A DNA stretch of 64,000 nucleotides from Nemertoderma westbladi. Lineage: Eukaryota; Animalia; Xenacoelomorpha. The position numbers were made by a program, and so were the translations under genes. The notes below the pieces were generated by a model. That model saw only the letters and a program-made list of their open reading frames with translations. It ran no database searches and was not told where the DNA came from. Below are positions 35,405-48,624 of the stretch, piece by piece. The stretch is from contig JAUCBJ010007554.1 in NCBI GenBank assembly GCA_032718475.1, positions 1 through 64,000 of the forward strand. Direction: 5' to 3'. Position 1 is the first letter of the stretch, and each line of letters begins with the position of its first letter.

Positions 35405-35808
35405 CCTGTGTCTGTCTGTCTAGCTTTAGTGAATGTCGCCCTGTGTCTGTCTAGCTTTAGTGAATGTCGCCCTGTGTCTGTCTAGCTTTAGTGAATGTCG
35501 CCCTGTGTCTGTCTAGCTTTAGTGAATGTCGCCCTGTGTCTGTCTAGCTTTAGTGAATGTCGCCCTGTGTCTGTCTAGCTTTAGTGAATGTCGCCCTGTG
35601 TCTGTCTAGCTTTAGTGAATGTCGCCCTGTGTCTGTCTAGCTTTAGTGAATGTCGCCCTGTGTCTGTCTAGCTTTAGTGAATGTCGCCCTGTGTCTGTCT
35701 AGCTTTAGTGAATGTCGCCCTGTGTCTGTCTAGCTTTAGTGAATGTCGCCCTGTGTCTGTCTAGCTTTAGTGAATGTCGCCCTGTGTCTGTCTAGCTTTA
35801 GTGAATGT
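35405..35808. repeat. 31-bp minisatellite (~13 copies)
   Basis: Unit CCTGTGTCTGTCTAGCTTTAGTGAATGTCGC, ending ~50 bp from the HSP90B1 donor at 35859. Confidence 0.95.
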
Positions 35809-35859
35809 AATCTTGGAGCGAATAAGTTTGAGATTGTTGGTTGATACAGATAGACTTAC

Positions 35860-36023
35860 TTCACTCCATACTCTTTCCAGAATGTTTCGTTATAAACCTT
35901 CTCATCCAATTTCTTGAACATATCCAACGTCTTTCGTACCAATTTCTTCTTAATAACTCTTAGTAGTTTGTGTTGTTGGAGAGATTCCCTGGAGATATTG
36001 AGTGGGAGGTCATCCGAATCAAC
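35860..36023 (-). CDS. HSP90B1: Endoplasmin/GRP94 exon (most 5' exon found in the window)
   Basis: TGTGTAG|[56 protein letters not shown]|GTAAGT; Hsp90 signature DLPLNISRE; 164 nt. Confidence 0.95.
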
Positions 36024-37252
36024 CTACACATTAAACAATAATAGCGCTGTTATAGGGAGTGATCTATCCAACATACCCAGAAATGAAACGGAAGTAAATT
36101 CTATAAACTTAGTTTGAACAAGCGGATATATACAAAGGCAGTAGTGCGTGTGACAGGTACTACAACTACCTGCAACACACCCCTTCCAACATCGGATTAT
36201 GACGTCATCCAATTTATTATTCGTATTAAATAACCCCACCCAGTTATGTATGCAGCACTTTAAAATTATTTATTGTTAGATTAATCGTACACAGTTTTAA
36301 TCTGCCAAACAAACCTACGCCGCATAAACACCCTGTAATAAAGTGGTTATAAATAATGGGTTTCCCGATTTAAACCAGGTAATTGCGACGAACAAGATCA
36401 ACCATCATTTATGGTTCAAAAACTACTCGACATAAACCGCTTAATACCATAAACGTAGCGCCACTACGCAAAGTCCGCAGTCGGTATCGCAAAGAAATAC
36501 CCGAATTAAGGGCCCACTGGCGGCCCGAGGGAGTGTCAATCTGTCATGTCAAAATTGCGTGGGGTAGATTGACAGTGGAAACATAAGGGCCATAAATATA
36601 GACAATGGTTGTTAGCATAGGAAACCCCCAAGGTATAACGGAACACGCGGGAACACATCAAACAATCATCCTCTATCGCTATCTATTGTGCCAACAGCGG
36701 CCGCGCTAGCTAGCAAGGTGTAGCTGGAGGTTTATAACTCGTTATCTTATATTATTAATCTACTCAAATACCGATAAAAGAAGGACACGTGGGTGATCGC
36801 TTTATCAGTAACTACAATCATGTCGGTTTAAATTATTCATCTCATTAAACCTTTTATAATAATATTAGTATTTAGAAATTATTTCTTTAACTTTTTTACT
36901 CGCAACGGGAAAATTAATACGTATGTTATGGCCAACTTTATTTTACTTTTACTCTTTTATTTTAGTCATTAAATACTTTATTTTACTAAATAGTATAAAT
37001 ATCCCTTTAAAGTTGACACAACAAGTACCTGCGAAGTACAAACTGTTTCACTTTCATGATTCATTACTGCGTTAATTAATTATCTCAGTTGTATAGGTCG
37101 TTGCTAGGGGCACTAAATGTGTCGTATTACTGTGGCATATTTTCATAATCATTTATAACTTCAGTATAAATCGCAATAAAACACAGGTGGGTCCTGCCTA
37201 AAGTAAACTACATCAGGTGTAGCTGTATACTTATAACTTAATACTTCATTTA

Positions 37253-37430
37253 AGCAGCAGCTAGGTCTAGTGGTGACTTTACTGGTCTTTCAATTAGGAC
37301 GCCCTGGTTCGATCCCTAGATGGGGCAGCACTATTTTGGCACAGTGCTTTAAATGCTGCAGCCTATCCCAACCCTGGTTTTCAACCTTCAGTGGTCGATA
37401 AATGTGAACCAAGGCAACTTGGGAAACAGT
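37253..37430 (+). mobile_element. tRNA-derived SINE with Nin/Deu-like central domain
   Basis: A-box-like TAGGTCTAGTGG, B box GGTTCGATCCC, then CCAACCCTGGTTTTCAACCTTCAGTGGTCGATAAATGTGAACC resembling the Nin/Deu SINE core (from recall of the consensus). Confidence 0.6.
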
Positions 37431-37916
37431 GGAAGGGTTTACTGTGGAAGATCACCCATGGTGGTGAACAGGCATTCCTTTAGGAACCAGTGTGGAAGGG
37501 TTTACTGTGGAAGATCACCCATGGTGGTGAACAAGGCATTCCTTTAGGAAACAGAGTGGAAGGGTTTACTGTGGAAGATCACCCATGGTGGTGAACAGGC
37601 ATTCCTTTAGGAAACAGAGTGGAAGGGTTTACTGTGGAAGATCACCCATGGTGGTGAACAGGCATTCCTTTAGGAAACAGAGTGGAAGGGTTTACTGTGG
37701 AAGATCACCCATTGTGGTGGACAGGCATTCCTTTAGGAAACAGAGTGTGGAAGGGTTTACTGTGGTAGATCACCCATTGTGGTGGACAGGCATTCCTTTA
37801 GGAAACAGAGTGGAAGGGTTCACTGTGGAAGGATCACCCATGGTGGTGAACAGGCATTCCTTTAGGAAACAGAGTGGAAGGGTTTACTGTGGAAGATCAC
37901 CCATGGTGATGAACAG
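37421..37916. repeat. 63-bp minisatellite (~8 copies) growing from the SINE 3' end
   Basis: Unit GGAAGGGTTTACTGTGGAAGATCACCCATGGTGGTGAACAGGCATTCCTTTAGGAAACAGAGT. Confidence 0.92.
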
Positions 37917-38206
37917 CCCTAAAAGATTCTCCCATCCAATATTTGATTTTAGGTCATAATGCTGTTTCATTCAAGCCACCTGCATTTTAATTATCCAGAT
38001 GATTTCTAAAATTTCAGTTGACGGTGCTTAACGATTTGACATGTTTAATAAAAACTAAACAGAACAAAAAATATGTGATATTTTCGCACCTGTTTGTGGT
38101 ATTAATGTCACGGTCACGGCACAATAATTACTGTTCCACTACAATGATTATAAAACATTAGTTTCATTTTGTCACCGCCAATTCAGGTCGACATTAACAT
38201 ATGGGT

Positions 38207-38686
38207 GTAAACGTTGTGTCGATAGTGGCACCTAAACGTTGTACCGCTAGCGGCACAAAACGTTGTGCCGATAGTGGCACCTAAACGTTGTGCCGATCGA
38301 TAGTGGCACCTAAACGTTGTGCCGATCGATAGTGGCACCTGAACGTTGTGCCGATAGCGGCACCTAAACGTTGTGCCGATAGCGGCACCTAAACGTTGTG
38401 CCGATAGCGGCACCTAAACGTTGTGCCGATAGTGGCACCTTAACGTTGTGCCGACAGGGGCACCTAAACGTTGTGCCGATAGTGGCACCTAAACGTTGTG
38501 CCGATAGCGGCACCTAACGTTGTGCCGATAGTGGCACCTAAACGTTGTGCCGATAGCGGAACCTAACGTTGTGCCGATAGTGGCACCTAAACGTTGTGCC
38601 GCACCTAAACGTTGCGCCGATAGTGGCACCTAAACGTTGGGCCGATAGCGGCACCTAAACGTTGTGCCGATAGTGTCACCTAAACT
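38207..38686. repeat. 25-bp minisatellite (~19 copies) with GTGCC-N6-GGCAC hairpin
   Basis: Unit AAACGTTGTGCCGATAGTGGCACCT. Confidence 0.93.
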
Positions 38687-38739
38687 TATCCTATTACTTT
38701 TTTTTGTTAATATATTTCGGATGATTGAATGATTGATTG

Positions 38740-40492
38740 ATACTTACACTCAAATATACTCACTGGTATACTTACACTCAAATATACTCACTGGTATACT
38801 TACACTCAAATATACTCACTGGTATACTTACACTCAAATATGCTCACTGGTATACTTACACTCAAATATGCTCACTGGTATACTTACACTCAAATATACT
38901 CATTGGTAGGTATACTTACACTCAAATATATTCACTGGTATACTTATACTCAAATATACTCACTGGTATACTTACACTCAAATATACTCACTGGTATACT
39001 TATACTCAAATATACGCACTGGTATACTTACACTCAAATATACTCATTGGTATACATATACTCAAATATACTCACTGGTATACTTATACTTACACTTATA
39101 CTTAGTCTCAAATATGCTGACTTGTATATTTACACTCAAATATACTCACTGGTATACTTACACTCAAATATACTCACTGGTATACTTACACTCAAATATA
39201 CTCACTGGTATTCTTATACTTACACTTATACTCAGTCTCAAATATACTCACTGGTATACTTACACTCAAATATACTCACTGGTATATTGACACTCAAATG
39301 TACTCACTGGTATACTTACACTCAAATATACGCACTGGTATACTTACATTCAAATATACTCACTGGTATACTTACACTCAAATATACTCACTGGTAGGTA
39401 TACTTACACTCAAATATACTCACTGGTAGGTATACTTACACTCAAATATACTCACTGGTAGGTATACTTACACTCAAATATACTCACTGGTAGGTATACT
39501 TACACTCAAATATACTCACTGGTATACTTACATTCAAATATACTCACTGGTATACTTACACTCAAATATACTCACTGGTAGGTATACTTACACTCAAATA
39601 TACTCACTGGTAGGTATACTTACACTCAAATATACTCACTGGTATACTTGCACTCAAATATACTCACTTACACTCAAATATACTCACTGGTAGGTATACT
39701 TACACTCAAATATACTCACTGGTGGGTATACTTACACTCAAATATACTCACTGGTATACTTACACTCAAATATACTCACTGGTATACTTATACTCAAATA
39801 TACGCACTGGTATACTTACACTCAAATATACTCACTGGTATACATATACTCAAATATACTCACAGGTATACTTATACTTACACTTATACTTAGTCTCAAA
39901 TATGCTGACTTGTATATTTACACTCAAATATACTCACTGGTATACTTACACTCAAATATACTCACTGGTATACTTACACTCAAATATACTCACTGGTATA
40001 CTTATACTTATACTTACACTTATACTCAGTCTCAAATATACTCACTGGTATACTTACACTCAAATATACTCACTGGTATATTGACACTCAAATATACTCA
40101 CGGGTATACTTACACTCAAATATACTCACTGGTATACTTACATTCAAATATACTCACTGGTATACTTACACTCAAATATACTCACTGGTAGGTATACTTA
40201 CACTCAAATATACTCACTGGTAGGTATACTTACACTCAAATATACTCACTGGTAGGTATACTTACACTCAAATATACTCACTGATATACTTACATTCAAA
40301 TATACTCACTGGTATACTTACACTCAAATATACTCACTGGTAGGTATACTTACACTCAAATATACTCACTGGTAGGTATACTTACACTCAAATATACTCA
40401 CTGGTATACTTACACTCAAATATACTCACTGGTATACTTATACTTACACTTATACTTAGTCTCAAATATGCTCATTTGTATATTTACACTCA
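38740..40492. repeat. 28-bp minisatellite (~60 copies) with ~790-bp higher-order duplication
   Basis: Unit GTATACTTACACTCAAATATACTCACTG; diagnostic variant TAGTCTCAAATATGCTGACTTG recurs at ~39103 and ~39891. Confidence 0.95.
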
Positions 40493-41624
40493 GTTGTATC
40501 CATACATGTATCTCCCGAGTATATTTTATTTTATTACGTACACCCAAATATCACACAAATATCTAAAGAAGCGGTATGTTGTTTATAATAGTTTCCAAAG
40601 TTACCAATAATCTTCAGCAATCACATTCCAACTCATGTTTATCCAATCACATTGAACAGTTTTGGATAAATAAAAATTTCACCCAATGACTCGTAACTGA
40701 CTTATATTACGGGCGACTCATTCATTCTATGTAACGCATGGGTGCGCTTGTGTGATCAACATTAAACAATAACATTAATTACATAGGATCAGCCCGCTGA
40801 GCTAGCACCCGACAAAGTAGCATTTCCTAAAAAAAACTAATCATTGAAACATGGGTATTTAAACGGATAACGTCCGCTGTATTAGAAACATTTAGCCCTT
40901 GCCAAAATATTGAACAATGGCCGTGGTCAAACTTGATTAGATATATTGGACGATAAGAATTGGCAAACAAACCAAGTCAGTAACCCAGTAACATGATTTC
41001 CTACAAATTATCCATAATGGATAAGGCATCAAGTACAAAATACAATAATATGATATATAGTTGGAATTCATATTAATAAAGGTGGCACCATTGAGGGCAA
41101 GCAAGCCGTGGCGTGATACAGTAAATGATTGATAGCTGTATGCACTGTTAGGTGAGGTTGTGTGTGTGTGTGTGTGTGTGCCATTCATTTGCCTTAGGCC
41201 CTATACTGGCCAATAGCAGTCTATGTCCTCCTATACGTGCTCTATTTACCGTGGGTAAATAATGATAAAGCCATAGTTCACTTCCATTCAATGTGTTGCA
41301 ACGCTAAGTAGGAATACTGGAACTCAATTATTATTCGCCTAAAAGATACAGGTCACTTCCATGATATAAATTTATACAAATGTATCAACACAAACCATTT
41401 ACTATAATCACGTACTGTATCATTTAGTAAAATTTATCAATAATAATAATTATATATTTTGTATTATATTTGAAACAAATAATTTACATGACCCAAACTA
41501 ATAATATCGCTTTGTTGCATCAAAAAAACATTTATTCTTTACTTTTTTCTTCATGATTGAATCTGAATTGGCTACGAATTAAACATAAAAACATGAAACT
41601 TTATTGCATTTATAATTGTAAACA

Positions 41625-42570
41625 ATGAGATTATCTATGCCGATAATAATGAGCTGCATTGCTCTATCGCTATTGGTGCCGTCTGTTGGGACTGCTAATG
41701 GACGGAGAAGGAAGGCCTCATCTAGACGCAAACACCAGGACGACAGAGGCAATCTAACTGTTAGCATCTCGGGTGATAAACACCGAAGGTGTGTACTTAC
41801 TAACGATTTCGTACTTTTGGAATGGAACCGCGAGAGATCCTTCAACACCTCCCACGAGACCGCATTGCGGACATACGTAGAAGTGCAAATTAATGAACTG
41901 CCAATCAGCAGACAGGAATCTGACGGTACACGTAACTTCTACCGCGGGTACACCCACGAACACATTCTCTTCTTCTCTAAGGACAACTACGCCTCCAACG
42001 TGCAGGTTGTCATACGTAAGATCCATTTATCTCCGCGCAAATCGCCCGGGGGGACCAGAGAATACGGCCGTTTCCAACTCATATGGGTCACGATGCCACC
42101 GGCTACCGCTGAAGGCGTATCGCAACAAGTGAAACCGAGAAAAACAAAACAGACTGTAAATATCCGTAAATGCAGATCTAGTTCTGAGGAATATTTCTGT
42201 AAAGTAAGTGACGATATTATAGTGACTGTGAATAACGGATTGTCAGTTACCTACAAAACCGAAGACGAAGTTATTGTTAATGTCGGTGACATTGTATCTC
42301 TACAATGGCCTGTGGAGCATTCAAGGGGACTGACACCTTATACGATGTGGATGGGGCCAAACTTCGACGTTTATAAGTTCATCGTTAGAGGGAGTAAGAA
42401 AGTGGCGCGAATCAAGGAGAACAACGATGGAAAACATATATTGGATACCAGATGTTGTAAAAATAGCCACAAACAGAAGCAATGCATACGCGATAAAGAT
42501 AACCAAAAGTATCTTTATTTCAGAGTGAGAAAAGCAGAACTAAGAGTCATGGAGACTAAAACATATTGCG
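41625..42570 (+). CDS. Ig/FN3 type I membrane protein, exon 1 (signal peptide and N-terminal ectodomain)
   Basis: ATG with hydrophobic signal peptide MRLSMPIIMSCIALSLLVPSVGTA; long open frame; donor G|GTGAGT at 42570/42571 (phase 1). Confidence 0.75.
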
Positions 42571-42906
42571 GTGAGTCATCTACATTCATGCCCACATAGT
42601 AATAAGTATTTGTTTCCGTTTAGAATTTGCAAATAGTTAGTTTCAGTTTAGTATCTCTACTAAACATTTTAGAACACAATGACCCATTGATCTTTTTTGC
42701 CTCAACCTAATGATTTTAATGCAGTAAAATTGCGTTTTGGTTTTAATTTTAGAAAGTTTGAGTTTTGGCAAATAATTGTACAATAGACGGATTAAACCAA
42801 AACAACATCAACCGTTAACTTATTACACAATGACTTGTTGCACAATGACCGTTGGTTTTGTCATTGTTTGCTTTTTAATAACAACATATTGTTTTTTACT
42901 TTGCAG

Positions 42907-44120
42907 CGGATGGACTATATCGAAATTATCCACAATGCTGCTTCCGACAAATACAATTCCAGTTTAACACACAGACCACAAATCCCATTACCATGGATAC
43001 CAGACCTATAAGAACTGTGGCCGAATCTAAACACTCAGAAAAAGACACGACAGAGAGATCGTTGCACATAGACTGCCGCCACAACACAAACTCAATCCGG
43101 CCAGCCCGAATCCAATCCGACACGACCACTGGTATCACCACGGTTACCATTCTGGTCAGCAAGGTAGGTGACACCGGAATGTACCAGTGCACGGCCAGTC
43201 GAGGGGATCGAGACTCTATAACCTCCAGCGAGATACTCAGCTGGGCGGAGAAGTGCCCACGGAACGACTGGGTTCACTTCACACGTTTCCCCGCACCCAT
43301 CGACAGACTAGGTTTCGAGAACATCAACCACACCACGGTGCGCCTCCAGTGGACCTCACGGGAATACACATTCCCGCGAGTCAACGGCGACACAACGTAC
43401 CACGTGGAGATCTCCTGCATGGGGGCCACGGATGGGCACTGTGAGGGGCTGGAGGAGCAGGAATTCGAGACGGATTCCACTAAGGCGCTCATACGATTAG
43501 ACCCACGGAATACATACTATAAAGCGCTGGTTTACCCCTGCAACCGGTTCGGTTGCAACAACAACAATAACATACAGATATACACGAACAGAGCGCTGCG
43601 ACCTAAAGTCCACGGGAAAGCTGCGACTCCGAAGGAGAAAGAGACTCCAATGAATCCGAGTGAGCCGCACGAGAGCCGTGGCAGCGACCTGTACGACACG
43701 TTGTTCGCGGCGCTCCCGCCAATAGCGGTGATCCTAGTCGGGGGATCCGTGATCCTCCTGGTACTACGCCGACCGTGCAGGGAACGACGACTCTCCGAGG
43801 AACGGCCGCGCAACGTTCCTCGCGTTCCGACGAACAACCCGCGGGTTCCCGTGCAGTTGTTACAGACTTGCGATCCAGCAACGTCGCATTTGCGATCGTT
43901 GCGGGTTGAACTCACGAGCAACGATTACGTGGAAACAACGGCCGCGGAGAGGCAGTCAACCGAACGGTGCCAAACAGCTGAAAGACATGACCCGCCCTCA
44001 GCCAATCCAATCAGAGCTATGTCCCCACACAGAACTCACACGTATCTGAGACCTGTGACGTCATCCGCATCCAACTCCACACCCAGAACGGGACAGAACG
44101 ACAGAATTATCCATGTCTAA
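42907..44120 (+). CDS. Ig/FN3 type I membrane protein, exon 2 (Ig end, FN3, TM, cytoplasmic tail); spliced product ~719 aa
   Basis: Acceptor TTTTTTACTTTGCAG at 42906, phase compatible with exon 1 and in frame with ORF 42993-44120. Ig F-strand motif DTGMYQC; FN3-like TTVRLQWT...LDPRNTYYKALVYPCNRFG; TM LFAALPPIAVILVGGSVILLVL followed by RR; ends IIHV*. Confidence 0.8.
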
Positions 44121-44373
44121 CCTAGTATACGTTAACCAACAGTTCAGTAGATTTCTACTATAATAGATACCAGAGTACCAGTATACCTACATACTTAGTA
44201 ATCGGCGCACTGATAATAATATATTACTTTAGAACCAAAAATCAAAATTTTATTATTATTTTTCGCAATTAATATTTATTTTATAGGAGAGTTTTAGTTC
44301 AATAATGCCAGCCAGTTGCGGCATTGTATGATGTTTGACAAAGCAGGGGGGGGGGGGGGGGTAGATATCGAGT

Positions 44374-46560
44374 GGCTTCCGGTAGAGAGGAGCCTTCGGG
44401 TTGCATCCGGTAGAGAGGAGCCTTCGGGTTGCCTCCTATAGAGAGGAGCCTTCGGGTTGCCTCCTATAGAGAGGATCCTTTGGGTTTCCTCCGGTAGTGA
44501 GGAGCCTTCGGGTTGCCTCCAGTAAATTGGTGCCTTCGGGTTGTCTCTGGTAGAGATGAGCCTTCGGGTTGCCTCCGGTAGAGAGGAGTTTTTGGGTTGC
44601 CTTCTATAGAGAGGAGCGCCTCCGGTAGAGAGGAGTTTTTGGGTTGCCTCCTAAAAAGAGGAGCCTTCGGGTTGACTCCAGTAAATTGGTGCCTTCGGGT
44701 TGTCTCTGGTAGAGATGAGCCTTCGGGTTGCCTCCGGTAGAGAGGAGTTTTGGGTTGCCTCCTATAGAGAGGAGCGCCTCCGGTAGAGAGGAGTTTTTGG
44801 GTTGCCTTCTATAGAGAGGAGTCTTCGGGTTACCTCCTATAGAGAGGAACCTTCGGATTGCCTACGGTAGTGAGGAGCCTTCGGGTTGCCTCCAGTAAAT
44901 TGGTGCCTTCGGGTTGCCTCCAGTAGAGATGAGCCTTCGGGTTGCCTCCTATAGAGAGGAGCCTTCGGGTTGCCTCCAGTAGTGAGGAGCCTTCGGGTTG
45001 CCTCCGGTAGTGAGGAGCCTTCGGGTTGCCTCCGGTAGTGAGGAGCCTTCGGGTTGCCTCCGGTAGTGAGGAGCTTTCGGGTTGCCTTTGGTAGAGAGGA
45101 GCCTTCAGGTTGCCTCTAGTAAATTGATGCCTTCGGGTTGCCTCCAGTAGATATGAGTTTTTCGGTTGCCTCCGGTAGAGAGGAGCCTTCGGGTTGCATC
45201 CAGTAGAGAGGAGCCTTCGGGTGGGTTGCATCCAGTAGAGAGGAGCCTTCGGGTTGCCTCCTATAGAGAGGAGCCTTCGAGTTGCCTCCTATAGAGAGGA
45301 GCCTTCGGGTTGCCTCTTATAGAGAGGAGCCTTCGGGTTGCCTCTGGTGGAGAGGAGTTTTTGGGTTGCAACCTATAGAGGAGCACCTCCAGTAGAGAGG
45401 AGTCTTCAGGTTGCATCCAGTGGAGAGGAGCCTTCGGGTTGCCTCCTATAGAGGAGCCTTCGGGTTGCCTCCTATAGAGGAGCCTTCGGGTTGCCTCCTA
45501 TAGAGAGGAGCCTTCGGGTTGCCCCCAGTAAATTGGTGCCTTCTCGTTGCCTCCGGTAGAGAGGAGCCTTCGGGTTGCCTCCGGTAGAGAGGAGCCTTCG
45601 GGTTGCCTCCGTAGAGAGGAGCCTTCGGGTTGCCTCCGGTAGAGAGGAGCCTCCGGGTTGCCTCCAGTAGAGAGGAGCCTTCGGGTTGCCTCCGGTTGTG
45701 AGGAGCTTTCGGGTTGCCTCCGGTAGAGAGGAGCCTTCGGGTTGCCTCCAGTAGAGAGGAACCTTCGGGTTGCTTCCAATAGAGCGGAGCCTTCAGGTTG
45801 CCTCCAGTAAATTGATGCCTTCGGGTTGCCTCCGGTAGAGGAGTTTTTGGGTTGCCTCCTATAGAGATGAGCCTTTGGGTTGCCTCCGGTAGAGAGGAGC
45901 CTTTGGGTTGCCTCCAGTAAATTGATGCCTTTGGGTTGCCTCCGGGAGAGAGGAGTTTTGGGTTGCCTCCGGTAGAGAGGAGCCTTCGGGTTGCCTCCGG
46001 TAGAGAGGAGCCTTCGGGTTACCTCTGGTAGAGAGGAGCCTTCAGGTTGCATCCGGTAGAGGAGCGCCTCCGGTAGAGAGGAGCCTTTGGGTTGCCCTCG
46101 GTAGAGAGGAGCCTTCGGGTTACCTCCAGTAGAGAGGAGCCTTCTGGTTGCCTCCAGTAGAGAGGAGCCTTCAGGTTGCCTCCAGTAAATCGATGCCTTC
46201 GGGTTGCCTCCGGTAGAGGAGTTTTTGGGTTGCATCCTATAGAGAGGAGCCCTCGGGTTGCCTCCGGTAGAGAGGAGCCTTCGGGTTACCTCCAGTAGAG
46301 AGGAGCCTTCGGGTTGCCTCCAGTAGAGAGGAGCCTTCAGGTTGCCTCCAGTAAATCGATGCCTTCGGGTTGCCTCCGGTAGAGGAGTTTTTGTGTTGCA
46401 TCCTATAGAGAGGAGCCCTCGGGTTGCCTCCGGTAGAGAGGAGCCTTCAGGTTGCCTCCAGTAGAGAGGAGTTTTTGGGTTGCCTCCTATATAGAAGAGC
46501 CTTCGGGTTGCCTCCGGTAAAGAGGAGCCTTCGGGTTGCCCCCAGTAAAGAGGAGCCTTA
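44374..46560. repeat. 28-bp GC-rich satellite (~78 copies) with GAGG-AGCC-TTCG-GGTT-G-CCTC hairpin
   Basis: Unit GAGAGGAGCCTTCGGGTTGCCTCCGGTA; source of the 369-aa repetitive ORF. Confidence 0.95.
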
Positions 46561-48624
46561 AGGTAGGTTCTGGTAGGGAGGAGTGGGGTGGTCCTAGATT
46601 GATTCACATTTTTAGTAATTTTAATTTAATAATTTTTTGCTCCATGGCACCATATATGTTTTGAAAGAAAAATTGTTGGTGTGATTCATGAATGTTCCCC
46701 TAGTCCTTCAAATTGTGAAATTTTTGCCTCTTGCGAATTGTAAAAATATTAATAATAGTTTTCAATAATATGACATTATAATAGTGTTATTGGATTGCGC
46801 AATAAAGGACAGGTGAGATCTTGGGGTAATACTACAAGAACGTAGAAGCAGCAGATATCCAAATCATACAGTCACATACGCTTGCAGATAGATCCACAGC
46901 TTCGACTGAACAAAGTGGAAAAGGGTTGCTAAGGAGGTTGGTTAACAAAGTCGGCAATGACGTCCAGGTGGGATCGAACCGGTAACCTCCGGCGCCAGCG
47001 GCTCAGGTAAAAAGTAGGTAGACCTGGAAGTACTGACTGATACCTTGTATGAAGCAATTTACGTCATCATGGCCTCTCGTAAGTACGACGTCCAAATACA
47101 GTAGGATTGAATATGGGATGGTCCTTGCTTGATTCACATTTTTCGAATTAATTTTTTCGAATATAAAAATGGTGGATAGCACTTGCTTTGTTATTGGGGC
47201 CTACTGTAATACTAAATTATCCTTCATTCTTCTCAGCTTCTTGATACGCATAATATAGTCCATGGTCCAGCCAGCATAGGGGATACTTTTTGGTAACCAC
47301 ACGGAACTTATATTTTTGGGAAGACCTAGCTTCTGGCCATTCATTTTGATATGATAACAAATCTGAATCGGTAGCTGACTTGGTGTTTTCACCGGTTGTC
47401 ATGGAAATGGTAAAACAAACATGCTGTAGTATTCTAATAACTCAATATAAATTCATCGTATCTTTTGAAAAAGATAGCTACTGGTCTAACAATTCTAAAT
47501 GTGACATAACATTCTGGAATATGGAATATAATTATTGTTACCATGGGAACGCTGCTAAATGAAAACTGACAAGTTTTAGAAAAATAGCTACCATTCTCGA
47601 ACAATACCATTATTTTAAAAACAAATTACCACATTTTATTGAATATTAGTTTTGGAAAATTTTGGTATACTGAGAGCTAAACCTGTTTTGTTATAACGGT
47701 GATATATGGTTCCAAAGATATACCATATTTGAAATATTTTTATTTTTCATCAATTTAATCTCATTCCACTCTGTTTCAAAATAATGACTTTAACAAATAT
47801 TTATGTCAATAAAAAACAATCAAGATGTGACTACAAATCACTTTAAAATGACAAGTGGCATCTAAATGGCATTTCAGACAACACTCCTTCACAGGTTACC
47901 ATGACAACCAATACAGATGCAATTGAAGATGACTCAGATATGACACAAACAAATGACTTGGCACCTACCACAAAAGAGAGGTTAACTAGTTCTTTTAGTA
48001 TATTCACTTCAATTTATATATTATCATAATTGTTCCTAGATGATTTCTGCAAAGATGATTCCTTCGATATGACTTTTTTGAATACTAAATCCTCTTTATT
48101 TAATCCTACTTGGGCCGGGGGCATATTCCCAAACCTTACACTATTATGAAAAAATCATGTAAGGAACGGAGATAGGGGTCGAACTAGTGTAAGCGTTTTA
48201 TACTCAGTTTGCAGGTACAGTAGAAAGTGTTCCAAACGCTGTAAGGAATGGAGAAATTGGGTGAAATCACGTAAGGGTTACACCAACAGTATTAGATGAG
48301 TAGACTTAACATTTGATATTATTCTAGGCAGTAGAACATTGGGATATGGTTTATACAGGGCTGCATGAGCTGCATCCACACACAAGGACCACACTGCGCA
48401 CAATATTGTGCTGTGGCAGCCTCCTTTCTGTTGGTACATGACTTGAATTTGCACAACTCATTGATGTTTGTTTTGTCGGCAGATACAGAGTGAGTACAAA
48501 ACAAAGACTCAACACCCAATTATAAAGACCTGCATAATCATCTAACATGTGTTAACTTTTGTTTATTGTTTTGGTTCCCCCAACACGCCTCAGTAAGTGC
48601 TCCTTTAGTAACCTGCTCCTTTAA

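Noticed and set aside
38740-40492. Third splice-donor array (unit has GTAAGT and GTGAGT on the - strand)
   Set aside because: No HSP90-like or other exon adjoins the array's 5' edge, so the donor-like hexamers are probably incidental.
45498-46607. 369-aa ORF
   Set aside because: Translation of the 28-bp satellite cycling through frames.
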